The position numbers were made by a program, and so were the translations under genes. 64,000 bases of DNA, taken from contig JACKGG010000001.1 in the NCBI GenBank assembly GCA_020632035.1, positions 221,483-285,482 on the forward strand, read 5' to 3'. The notes beneath the pieces were generated by a model. That model was not told the DNA's origin. It saw nothing but the letters and a program-made list of their open reading frames with translations, and searched no databases. The stretch's first letter is position 1. Each line of letters opens with the position of its first letter. Of the stretch, positions 56,727 through 64,000 are shown piece after piece. The stretch comes from Candidatus Nomurabacteria bacterium (GTDB lineage Bacteria > Patescibacteriota > Minisyncoccia > Phycocordibacterales > UBA918).

Positions 56727-58040
56727 CTAGAACAAGTCATCACTCGTGACACTTGCTGAGCGTTTGTTGTAATTGATTGAGCGTTTGTTGAAGAAATCCA
56801 CGTGCTTAGTTGCAATAACTTCGTTATCGAACCAGTCAGTTTCTTCAAGCAACGCTTCGCTGACTTCAAAGATTCTTGGTAGGCCAATTGAAACTAAGGA
56901 GTTATTAAGTCGATGCTTAATAAATTCTTTTACGTTTGCAGCTGGCAAGAAATCTAGTTCACCTTTTTCGTAAATCCAATCAACGATGTCACTTTCTGCC
57001 TCGTAAGCTTCTCGACAAGATTCAATAATTAGATTGTTACAACTCTCATCGAACCATTCAGGGTGTTCGTCCTTGATGATATTAATAACATCAATACCAA
57101 ACATACCGTGTAGGTTTTCCTCTTTTGAGGTTGCTTCTACAGCATTGCTAATACCCTTGAATAAGTTCTTATGCTTGTTGAAAGACATCATTATCAAGAA
57201 CTGTGAAAACAATGACACGTGCTCCACAAACAGAGCAAAAAGAAGCACTGCATGTGAGTATTCCCGATCTTCAGAAGTTCGAGCAAGTTCATTAACCTTC
57301 TCTAGGTAGTTCATTCGCTTCTGAATAACTGGAATGTTCTTGATGTTAGTGAACTCATCATTTAGACCAAGAATCTCAAGCAAGTGTGAGTAGGCGTCAG
57401 TATGACGAACTTCTGACTCTGCGAAAGTTGCTCCCACTGCCCCAATCTCGGGCTTTGGCATTTTTTTGTAGATGTCTCCCCAGAAAGTCTTTACGGCTAC
57501 TTCAATCTGAGCGATAGCTAGCATCGAATTTTTGATTGCACTTCTTTCTGATTCACTTACATTGATGTGGAAATCTTGAACATCAGATGTAAAGTTGAAC
57601 TCTGTGTGCACCCAATATGAGTGACGAATAGCACTAGTGTATTCATACAGCTCTGGATATTCGTATGGTTTAAGATTTTGTCTCTTGGCAAAGATATCTC
57701 GCTCTCGAAGTTTCTTTCGAGCGTTTCGATAAATAATATATGCCTTTGCTGTATTGTAGTAATCCTTTTCCATCAAGGCTTGTTCTACCAAGTCTTGAAT
57801 TTCTTCCACCGCAGGGTTACCGTCAATACATTTTTTTGCTTGTGGGTCTTCTGGTGCTGCTGTGCCTGCTTGCACGCACATGGCAACAACTTTTTGATGA
57901 GCTAGTTCTGCGACTGCTTCTGCGTCCTTTCGATTTCCTTCTCCGGTTTCAGAGAGGGCTTTCGCGACTGCGCTGACTATTTTGCTGATATCAAACGGCT
58001 GGATTGAACCGTCTCGTTTGCGGATATTTTGGATTTCCAT
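56727..58040 (-). CDS. nrdB: Ribonucleotide reductase small (beta, radical-generating ferritin-like) subunit with N-terminal ATP-cone
   Basis: aa about 5-95 read 'IRKRDGSIQPFDISKIVSAVAKAL...VEEIQDLVEQALMEKDYYNTAKAYIIYRNARK' (ATP-cone). This is followed by the ferritin-like core with 'FVEHVSLF' and 'EENLHGMFG' metal ligands. Confidence 0.88.
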   Translation of the reverse strand: MEIQNIRKRDGSIQPFDISKIVSAVAKALSETGEGNRKDAEAVAELAHQKVVAMCVQAGTAAPEDPQAKKCIDGNPAVEEIQDLVEQALMEKDYYNTAKAYIIYRNARKKLRERDIFAKRQNLKPYEYPELYEYTSAIRHSYWVHTEFNFTSDVQDFHINVSESERSAIKNSMLAIAQIEVAVKTFWGDIYKKMPKPEIGAVGATFAESEVRHTDAYSHLLEILGLNDEFTNIKNIPVIQKRMNYLEKVNELARTSEDREYSHAVLLFALFVEHVSLFSQFLIMMSFNKHKNLFKGISNAVEATSKEENLHGMFGIDVINIIKDEHPEWFDESCNNLIIESCREAYEAESDIVDWIYEKGELDFLPAANVKEFIKHRLNNSLVSIGLPRIFEVSEALLEETDWFDNEVIATKHVDFFNKRSINYNKRSASVTSDDLF

Positions 58041-58442
58041 ATCAATCTTTATAAGCGTTGTTTATAAGTAACTTGATTTAGTAGATTGCGTGCAGACGTA
58101 ATTGGTGGAAGAGTTTCTATCTTTGTTGAGATAGTCAATTAGGTCTAGGCGCAATCTGGGTCGCGACAAACACACCACCATTAAGAAATGGCGACTGGCT
58201 CTTCAGTGAGAGGAGCGTGTGTCTTACCTCCGACACACGACTACTTCGTGTGATGTATTCATATTACCACCTATCTGATAACCTCACTTTCTGCGGAGTC
58301 TTTAAAAACAAGGCTATTTTATATTTTTATGGCCCCAGACTGTGGATAACTATCGAACAGTGAAAGTAGAAATCAATAATCAGCTTTTGCCAATATATAC
58401 AAGCATTTATTTTTATTTCCCGATAAGGTATTTTCTTGACAA

Positions 58443-58479
58443 AATAAAAGAGCCGACCCCTTTGGGGCCGGCTCTTTAT
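58443..58479. terminator. Terminator ataaaagagccgacccc-ttt-ggggccggctctttata
   Basis: GC stem with AT-rich flanks, 3' of mscL. Confidence 0.6.
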
Positions 58480-58489
58480 ATTTAAAAAA

Positions 58490-58885
58490 CTATTTTTTTA
58501 CCGAATCTCTAATCTCTCGCAATAGTTTTACTTCTTCTGACGGTTCAGCTGGCTTCTCTTCTTTGACCTCCTCCTCTTTTTTATCCAAGGCGTCCTTTGC
58601 CTTATTAATGCCTTTCACTACCATAAAGATAACTAAAGCAACAATTAAGAAGTCAATTACCGATTGGATGAACACACCATAGGTAATTTCGGCATCATCT
58701 ACCATGTAAGCCATACCAGAAAAATCAATTCCACCCATGATCAAGCCAATAATCGGAGTGATGATGTTTGCTACTAGTGAGGAGACGATATTTCCAAAAG
58801 CTGTTCCGATAACTACCGCTACTGCCAAGTCAATCACATTACCCTTCATGGCAAAGGCCTTAAATTCTGCAACAAATCCTTTCAT
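58490..58885 (-). CDS. mscL: Large-conductance mechanosensitive channel
   Basis: '[40 protein letters not shown]' is an MscL TM1 signature. Confidence 0.9.
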   Translation of the reverse strand: MKGFVAEFKAFAMKGNVIDLAVAVVIGTAFGNIVSSLVANIITPIIGLIMGGIDFSGMAYMVDDAEITYGVFIQSVIDFLIVALVIFMVVKGINKAKDALDKKEEEVKEEKPAEPSEEVKLLREIRDSVKK

Positions 58886-59106
58886 ACAAAAATCTTAATT
58901 AAAAAATAAATCTAGCTAAGTAAAAACCAATTCCTGCACCTAAAAAAAGCATGAAAGTGAGGGCTACCATTAAGAATGACTGGTCCATAGGTATATTATA
59001 TAGTATAAGAAACAAAAACATTTTTAGCTCTCGACTTTTTGCTAAAAAATAGGTATAAATGTACCCACGACGGCGGGATTTTCTCCGAAAATCCCGCCTG
59101 AAACAT

Positions 59107-59180
59107 GGCGGCTATAGTATAACGGTTAGTGCATCGGTTTGTGGTACCGATAGTTCGGGTTCGATTCCCGGTAGCCGCCC
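59107..59180 (+). tRNA. tRNA-His (anticodon GTG) with encoded G-1
   Basis: Folded by hand: acceptor GCGGCUA/UAGCCGC, D-stem GUAU/GUGC, anticodon stem UCGGU/ACCGA with loop UUGUGGU (GUG), T-arm UCGGG-UUCGAUU-CCCGG, and an extra 5' G opposite discriminator C73. CCA is not encoded. Confidence 0.85.
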
Positions 59181-59377
59181 AAAATTCAGAAACTCCTTCG
59201 GGAGTTTTTGTGTTTTGGGTGGCTAGAAAGTAAACTGCTTTGCTCGCGTCGGGAATCGAAGGCCACAGGTATGTTTTTATTTCCTTTCCTAGAAATAAAA
59301 ACAGCCGAGGCGGGGTCGAGAACACTTGGTAGATTTGGAGTTGTAGACGAACAATATGCTTAGTAACTCGTGACCGA
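59176..59377. repeat. 202-bp direct repeat, left copy (DR-L), starting inside the tRNA-His 3' end
   Basis: 100% identical to 62151..62352. Contains a terminator-like hairpin aaactcc-ttcg-ggagttt. It is followed at 59384-59397 by a second copy of the tRNA 3'-end motif cccggtagTcgccc. Confidence 0.9.
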
Positions 59378-59542
59378 TTCCTTCCCGGTAGTCGCCCATT
59401 TTAAGAAGCTCTATTTGAAAACGTATTTTAGGGTATTTTTTTAGTGTCTACCAGACCTAGTGGAACCAAAGCAATGTTCTATTGAAAAATAGAATTATTT
59501 GTGGCATTGTGCAACCAGTAGAAACCCTGTCTGGAGGCTTGT

Positions 59543-60103
59543 ATGCTGACAATCTTCATAAGTCCTCACAATCATCAAATTACTACCGCTGATGGTCAAA
59601 CTATGATTGTCAAAGGAATGTTTTTGAGAGAGGCTGGTGGTTTTGTTAGTCTGTTTGACTACCAGCCACCAAAAGACCTAAACGATGTGCAGATTGTATT
59701 GGTAAGGAAATACAGGAAAAACAAAATTCTGTCACTGCCTACTGATTTGAAACAAGCGATATTGTCTTTCTTGCGTGACCATCACGCTCAGATTGATATG
59801 TCATTTGACTGCTATGCGTTTGCTAACCTGGTGAAAGGGGTAGAAGTTCACAAAGTTCCTTACATGATTGCTTTCTGGGAACGAAAGAAAAAGCCATGGC
59901 TACCACAGCCTGGCTCGGTTGTCTTCTACGGCACAGGAGAAACTCAATTTCACCACGCTGCTATCTATCTTGGTGCTGGTCTGTATATTTCGGTATATGG
60001 TGCTGGCGGTAACCTGGAGATAGCAACTCACCGAAATATGATGCGAGACTATCGTGCAAAACACGCTTGTCTGGCAGAACCACTAGAGGAGCCACTCGTA
60101 TGA
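59543..60103 (+). CDS. NlpC/P60-like (papain-fold) cysteine peptidase/amidase
   Basis: Cys in 'FDCYAFANLV' and His in 'GSVVFYGTGETQFHHAAIYLGAG', ordered and spaced as in NlpC/P60. Confidence 0.5.
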   Translation: MLTIFISPHNHQITTADGQTMIVKGMFLREAGGFVSLFDYQPPKDLNDVQIVLVRKYRKNKILSLPTDLKQAILSFLRDHHAQIDMSFDCYAFANLVKGVEVHKVPYMIAFWERKKKPWLPQPGSVVFYGTGETQFHHAAIYLGAGLYISVYGAGGNLEIATHRNMMRDYRAKHACLAEPLEEPLV

Positions 60104-60684
60104 GCTTATTTGAAGGTTATAACCTTGAAAACTGTGTTAGCCCTGACGAGTGTGGCTACCGCTGGATGAAAGAAGGTCTACCTGACCAAGACTTCTTGCG
60201 GACACGTTGGAGGTTGCGACGCACTCTCCCAACGGCGCAAGAACATCTCCAGCGTCACGCTACCGACTTTCCTTGGGGTGAACTTTGTCTGCAACATGGA
60301 CAAGTCAGTAAACCGCCATCATATCGGACCAATATCACAATGGTTAAACGTGGAGGCTTCCTTGAACCTGGTCACTGCTTCCGCAACTCTCTGAGAGCAG
60401 TGCAACGCTGGAAGGAAAAACCTCCTGAGTGGGCTGAAGGTAAGCTGATTACGTATGTTAAAGGTCTGGCCCTTGACCCTACAGGTATCTTTCTTCACGG
60501 ATGGATTGACGTTGACGGACAAGCGGTTGACCTGACGTTCATGCGTGCACACATGACCACCTACTTCGGTGTTCGGTTTGAACCTGATTGGGCAATTGAA
60601 ACTTGCAGGCAAATCAACAAATACGGCATCTTCCATACTTGGGAGAAAAGCCAACCATTGCTTGAAGAAAAACTGGCAGCTTAG
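60101..60684 (+). CDS. Hypothetical protein (translationally coupled to the upstream NlpC/P60 gene)
   Basis: The start ATG overlaps the upstream stop (gtATGAgc). 194 aa, Trp/Arg-rich, no recognisable motif. The ORF track's longer version (from 60067) overlaps the upstream gene by 37 nt. Confidence 0.4.
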
Positions 60685-60732
60685 CTGTCTTTACCACCCA
60701 TCCGTGCAAACGGGAGGGTGGCTTTTTCTTTT

Positions 60733-60850
60733 CCCTATCGACCCAGTGGAACCACTTTCTTCCCTCTCAACTGAAACAAACCCTTGCGTCGCTTAACCAA
60801 TCAAGACAAAGCTCTTCCAATTGGTTCCACCCCAGGGTTGGTAGCCGCCC
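60733..60850. repeat. Cassette-boundary repeat A (about 118 bp), with inverted ends agtggaacca ... tggttccacc, ending in a tRNA-3'-like ggtagccgccca
   Basis: About 85% identical to repeat B at 62050..62156. The opener motif tagtggaacca also occurs at 59457. Confidence 0.7.
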
Positions 60851-60928
60851 AAAGTATAGACAAATATACTTTTTGTTGTATTATTATATCTAGCAACCCG
60901 TACATCTACTTAAACAAGGAGGTGTCTA

Positions 60929-61504
60929 ATGCAGACGCTTGTAATTATCACTGGCACCTCAGGTGCTGGTAAGACACTTCAACTTGAGCTGTTGGAACAA
61001 CATTATGGACAAGGGCGAGTACTGACTATTGCTACTCGTGCGAAAAGAAATGGTGAGGCTGGCAATGCCTACCACTTTGTCAGCGATGAACAACTTTCAG
61101 AAATGGAATCGCGCAACGAAACCATTTGGGTTATTGGTCGATATGGCAGTCGTTATTCCATCACGGAGCAAGCGATTCGAGAACCTTTACGAAAAAATAA
61201 TGGTCTGGCGTTTGTGGCAATCACGCCCGATTACCATGCCTTCTTGGCTCAATGGTGTGAGAGACACAATATCTCACCAATCAACATCCACCTGATTGCT
61301 CCTGGTCCTGATGAACAAAGACGGCGCCTGCAAGCACGTGACGGTAGCTTCAGCCTCGAACGTGTGGAAGCAAACACCAAATTCGAAACTGATGCTCAGA
61401 AGGCAGCAGAAATTGTCACGCTTCACTTCATCGAGCAGGCCCAACCAGAAAAGATGTTCGCCAAGCTGTGTGAATTGATAGACTCCGCCCGCACCCCGAG
61501 CTAA
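60929..61504 (+). CDS. Guanylate-kinase-family P-loop kinase (Gmk/PhnN-like)
   Basis: 'VIITGTSGAGKTL' P-loop and '..NAYHFVSDEQ..' as in the Gmk family. Confidence 0.55.
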   Translation: MQTLVIITGTSGAGKTLQLELLEQHYGQGRVLTIATRAKRNGEAGNAYHFVSDEQLSEMESRNETIWVIGRYGSRYSITEQAIREPLRKNNGLAFVAITPDYHAFLAQWCERHNISPINIHLIAPGPDEQRRRLQARDGSFSLERVEANTKFETDAQKAAEIVTLHFIEQAQPEKMFAKLCELIDSARTPS

Positions 61505-61556
61505 GGAAAACGCCCTGCGTTCCCTGCTAGCTCGGGGCGTTTTTTATTTCATAATT

Positions 61557-61991
61557 ATGAGTACAATAATGACTATGACAGATATACAAATACCACGAGT
61601 TGGCGTTGGTCTCATTATCCGCCGAGATAATAAAATTCTACTCGGTAAACGAATGAATACCCATGGTGCCGAAACCTGGAGCCCGCCAGGAGGTCACCTA
61701 GAGTTCATGGAGACAATTGAAGACTGTGCAAAACGTGAAGCTATGGAAGAGACGGGTTGTGTCGTTACTAATATTCAACCACCAGTTTTTACCGAAGAAT
61801 TTTATCCCGAGCTAGACAAACACTACATAAACTTAATGCTTACTGCAGACTGGTTAAGTAACGAACCTACAGTATTAGAACCTCACAAATGCGAGAGTTG
61901 GGAATGGTTTGCATGGGATGAGTTACCATCTCCGCTTTTTCTTCCACTCCAAAATCACATCAATCAAGGATATACTCCTTTTCCTAAATAA
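61557..61991 (+). CDS. NUDIX hydrolase
   Basis: Nudix box 'GGHLEFMETIEDCAKREAMEETGCVV' (GX5EX7REUXEEXGU). Confidence 0.85.
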   Translation: MSTIMTMTDIQIPRVGVGLIIRRDNKILLGKRMNTHGAETWSPPGGHLEFMETIEDCAKREAMEETGCVVTNIQPPVFTEEFYPELDKHYINLMLTADWLSNEPTVLEPHKCESWEWFAWDELPSPLFLPLQNHINQGYTPFPK

Positions 61992-62049
61992 ATCATGTAA
62001 CTTAGCAAAATACTCATCATTTACGCACGGGTATCTGAGCCTACCGAAC

Positions 62050-62156
62050 TAGTGGAACCACTTTCTTCCCTATCACCAAAACAAACCCTTGCGTCGCTTA
62101 ACCAAGTAAGACACAGCTCTTCAAGTTGGTTCCACCCGAGGGTCGGTAGTCGCCCA
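62050..62156. repeat. Cassette-boundary repeat B (partner of 60733..60850), ending in ggtagtcgccca and abutting DR-R
   Basis: Inspection shows 'ctagtggaaccactttcttccct...ttggttccacccgagggtcggtagtcgccca'. Confidence 0.7.
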
Positions 62157-62352
62157 AAATTCAGAAACTCCTTCGGGAGTTTTTGTGTTTTGGGTGGCTA
62201 GAAAGTAAACTGCTTTGCTCGCGTCGGGAATCGAAGGCCACAGGTATGTTTTTATTTCCTTTCCTAGAAATAAAAACAGCCGAGGCGGGGTCGAGAACAC
62301 TTGGTAGATTTGGAGTTGTAGACGAACAATATGCTTAGTAACTCGTGACCGA
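62151..62352. repeat. 202-bp direct repeat, right copy (DR-R)
   Basis: Identical to 59176..59377. It is followed at 62357-62370 by an exact cccggtagccgccc tRNA-3' motif. Confidence 0.9.
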
Positions 62353-62520
62353 ACTTCCCGGTAGCCGCCCTAAAGCTTTTCGCAACCTAAACTTATCCCC
62401 GTGGTACTACGTCTAAAAGATACCTATTGCCTATGGCAAGATTATTTAACACACTTTCCCAAACAAAATCGTTATACACTCGGTAACAGAATTGCTTTTT
62501 ATGGTGCTTTATAAAAAGCT

Positions 62521-63438
62521 CTAGGAACCTTTTTTAGAAAACACACTGTTGACTGGAGTTTTCAGCTGTACTGTTCCTGATTCGTCCGGCAATGGTAGGT
62601 TACCTCCGCGCATATTTACCTGAATTGAAGGAATGATCAACTTTGGCATGCCAAGTTGAGCATCTCGTTCTTCTCTCATTTTTTTGAATCGGTCTTTTTC
62701 GACACCTTCCTTTATATGTATGTTTTGCTTCTTTTGTTCACCAATGGTCGTTTCCCAAATATACTCAGTCCTCCCTTCTGGCAAATAGTCATGGCACATA
62801 AACATCCTCATACTTTCCGGCAAAGCGAAGATTTTTTGGGTTGATTCGTACATTATTTCAGCATTACCACCCGGGAAGTCACATCTAGCAGTACCAAAGT
62901 CTGGCATAAACATAGTATCTCCAGCAAAAACAGCGTCTCCTATTACATAGACCATGTCCGCTGGTGTGTGACCTGGAGTGTGAATTACTTTAGCTGGTAT
63001 CTCTCCCAAGAAAAAAGTGTCACCATCGTTCCATAATTGGTCAAACTGACTACCGTCTCGCTGAAACTCTGTTCCTTCATTAAAAACTTTTCCAAAAATA
63101 TTCTGTACATCGACAATATACTTTCCAATTGCCATGGTTCCGCCCAGTTTCTCCTTCAGGTAAGGGGCGGCAGAAAGGTGGTCAGCATGTACGTGGGTCT
63201 CTAATATCCATTCCACCTTGTATCCTTTCCCTGTTACAAACTCAATTATCGCATCAGCGTTTTCAAAGAAAAGTGTGGCTCCGTTTGGCTCATAATCCAT
63301 AACACTGTCTATAACGGCGCACTGTTTACTATTAGGGTCTGCCACCACATAACTTATCGTATTGGTTCGTTCATCAAAGAAACCTTGGACCTCCGGCTTA
63401 TGGTTTAGAAATTTTGAGTAGTCTATATTATTTTCCAT
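62521..63438 (-). CDS. Metallo-beta-lactamase-fold hydrolase (glyoxalase II / ETHE1-like)
   Basis: 'ETHVHADHLS' (HxHxDH), '..IHTPGHTPADMVY' and '..AGDTMF' metal-ligand motifs. Confidence 0.75.
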   Translation of the reverse strand: MENNIDYSKFLNHKPEVQGFFDERTNTISYVVADPNSKQCAVIDSVMDYEPNGATLFFENADAIIEFVTGKGYKVEWILETHVHADHLSAAPYLKEKLGGTMAIGKYIVDVQNIFGKVFNEGTEFQRDGSQFDQLWNDGDTFFLGEIPAKVIHTPGHTPADMVYVIGDAVFAGDTMFMPDFGTARCDFPGGNAEIMYESTQKIFALPESMRMFMCHDYLPEGRTEYIWETTIGEQKKQNIHIKEGVEKDRFKKMREERDAQLGMPKLIIPSIQVNMRGGNLPLPDESGTVQLKTPVNSVFSKKGS

Positions 63439-63450
63439 GTATATTTTGAA

Positions 63451-63981
63451 TTAATTTCTGCCTTTTACCTGACCTCCGCCCTGCTTCTGCGCGCTACCGC
63501 GCTCAACGTCGGAACTAATTATCGCATCGAAATCTGCTTGAGAAATAAATTCTGGATCATAGTTACTACCTGTTTCGTTTAACAACTGCCGATTAAATGC
63601 CCTAAGGTGATTCCTCGAGCTACGTTGAAGCGACTGGTAGACCGTTTTAATATCGTAATTTTCTGTCTTAGCCAAATTGATGGATAGATCACGGATATCT
63701 AAGTCTTCAATTTTTGCCCCCACCATAAAGGCGCCTATTTTTGATTCGAAGCCTTCAGCTATAAGTTGGTTGTAGAGATCTTGTAGGGTTACATCACTAA
63801 AGACACCTCTTTCGGTACTAGCTGGATCAGCAATACCATACCGTTGCAATAAAGTCAGCACCGCACCCGTGTGAGTCTGCTCGCTAGCTGAAATATTGTT
63901 AAAGATATTTACTCCCCATTTATCATATAGTGCCAAATAGACATCTCTGGCTAATTTTTCCTCCTCTCTCATAAAGACCAA
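63451..63981 (-). CDS. DUF2202-like ferritin-fold protein (possibly 5'-partial at window edge)
   Basis: 'REEEKLARDVYLALYDKWG' matches the DUF2202 ferritin-like opener. The ORF may extend beyond 64000. Confidence 0.45.
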   Translation of the reverse strand: MVFMREEEKLARDVYLALYDKWGVNIFNNISASEQTHTGAVLTLLQRYGIADPASTERGVFSDVTLQDLYNQLIAEGFESKIGAFMVGAKIEDLDIRDLSINLAKTENYDIKTVYQSLQRSSRNHLRAFNRQLLNETGSNYDPEFISQADFDAIISSDVERGSAQKQGGGQVKGRN

Positions 63982-64000
63982 ACCATTTATTTCTGCTGGA

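Larger units (their letters stand above)
59181..62370. mobile_element. Putative integrated island at tRNA-His 3' end (about 3.2 kb, GC-richer cargo, no recombinase gene)
   Basis: The tRNA 3'-end motif ggtag(c/t)cgccc occurs 5 times (59169, 59386, 60834, 62145, 62359). The 202-bp repeats are terminal and direct. The cargo is about 50% GC against a background of about 40%. Confidence 0.5.

Noticed and set aside
56561-56887. 108-aa ORF bridging the nrdA-nrdB spacer
   Set aside because: It overlaps the nrdB 3' end in another frame and shows no conservation-like features. The spacer more likely holds the nrdA ribosome-binding region.
58100-58280. Cobalamin riboswitch upstream of nrdB
   Set aside because: I could not find a convincing B12 box (GCCACTG-type) or the conserved core. 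The candidate is retained only as an unexplained structured leader.
58996-59325. 109-aa minus-strand ORF
   Set aside because: It runs antisense through the tRNA-His gene and the 202-bp repeat. It is an artefact.
1-64000. CRISPR arrays, rRNA genes
   Set aside because: There are no short regularly spaced direct repeats with unique spacers. No 16S/23S/5S signature stretches were found.

Overview
Most of this 64-kb window (about 88%) is coding. It looks like a small, AT-rich (about 40% GC) bacterial chromosome of Candidate Phyla Radiation / Patescibacteria type, with strong GC-rich hairpin terminators between operons. I did not find any rRNA genes or CRISPR arrays.

Housekeeping genes recognised from the translations:
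- Translation and the ribosome: rplL, rplJ, rplK, secE-nusG, rpsF, rpsR, ssb, efp, and one long minus-strand run metG-glyQS-(large membrane protein)-recO-ileS.
- DNA and cell division: ftsK, recA, recO, an ECF sigma factor.
- Nucleotide and one-carbon metabolism: glyA, then a thymidylate module (dut, two tandem tmk-like kinases split by a MazG-like gene, thyA, dcd, a CYTH protein, folA, a CofE-like ligase), class I nrdAB, and ahcY with a PfkB kinase and tatD.
- Envelope and CPR-type genes: a type IV pilin, a VanY/M15 peptidase, mscL, a SIMPL protein, a metzincin, and several large secreted or membrane proteins.

The most unusual observations, in rough order of interest:
- The ileS gene carries an in-frame, apparently complete histidine-phosphatase domain inside its catalytic core.
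- A roughly 3.2-kb GC-rich island sits at the 3' end of a tRNA-His gene. It is bounded by perfect 202-bp direct repeats, carries five copies of the tRNA 3'-end motif and two cassette-like repeat units, has four cargo genes, and has no recombinase.
- A GC-rich orphan ORF and a MITE-like nested palindrome element lie between nusG and rplK. rplA is absent from its expected position there.
- One predicted membrane protein has a tail encoded by a GCC-rich tandem repeat.
- nrdB carries an N-terminal ATP-cone while nrdA has none.
- An IS200-like/RAYT transposase is flanked by REP hairpins.
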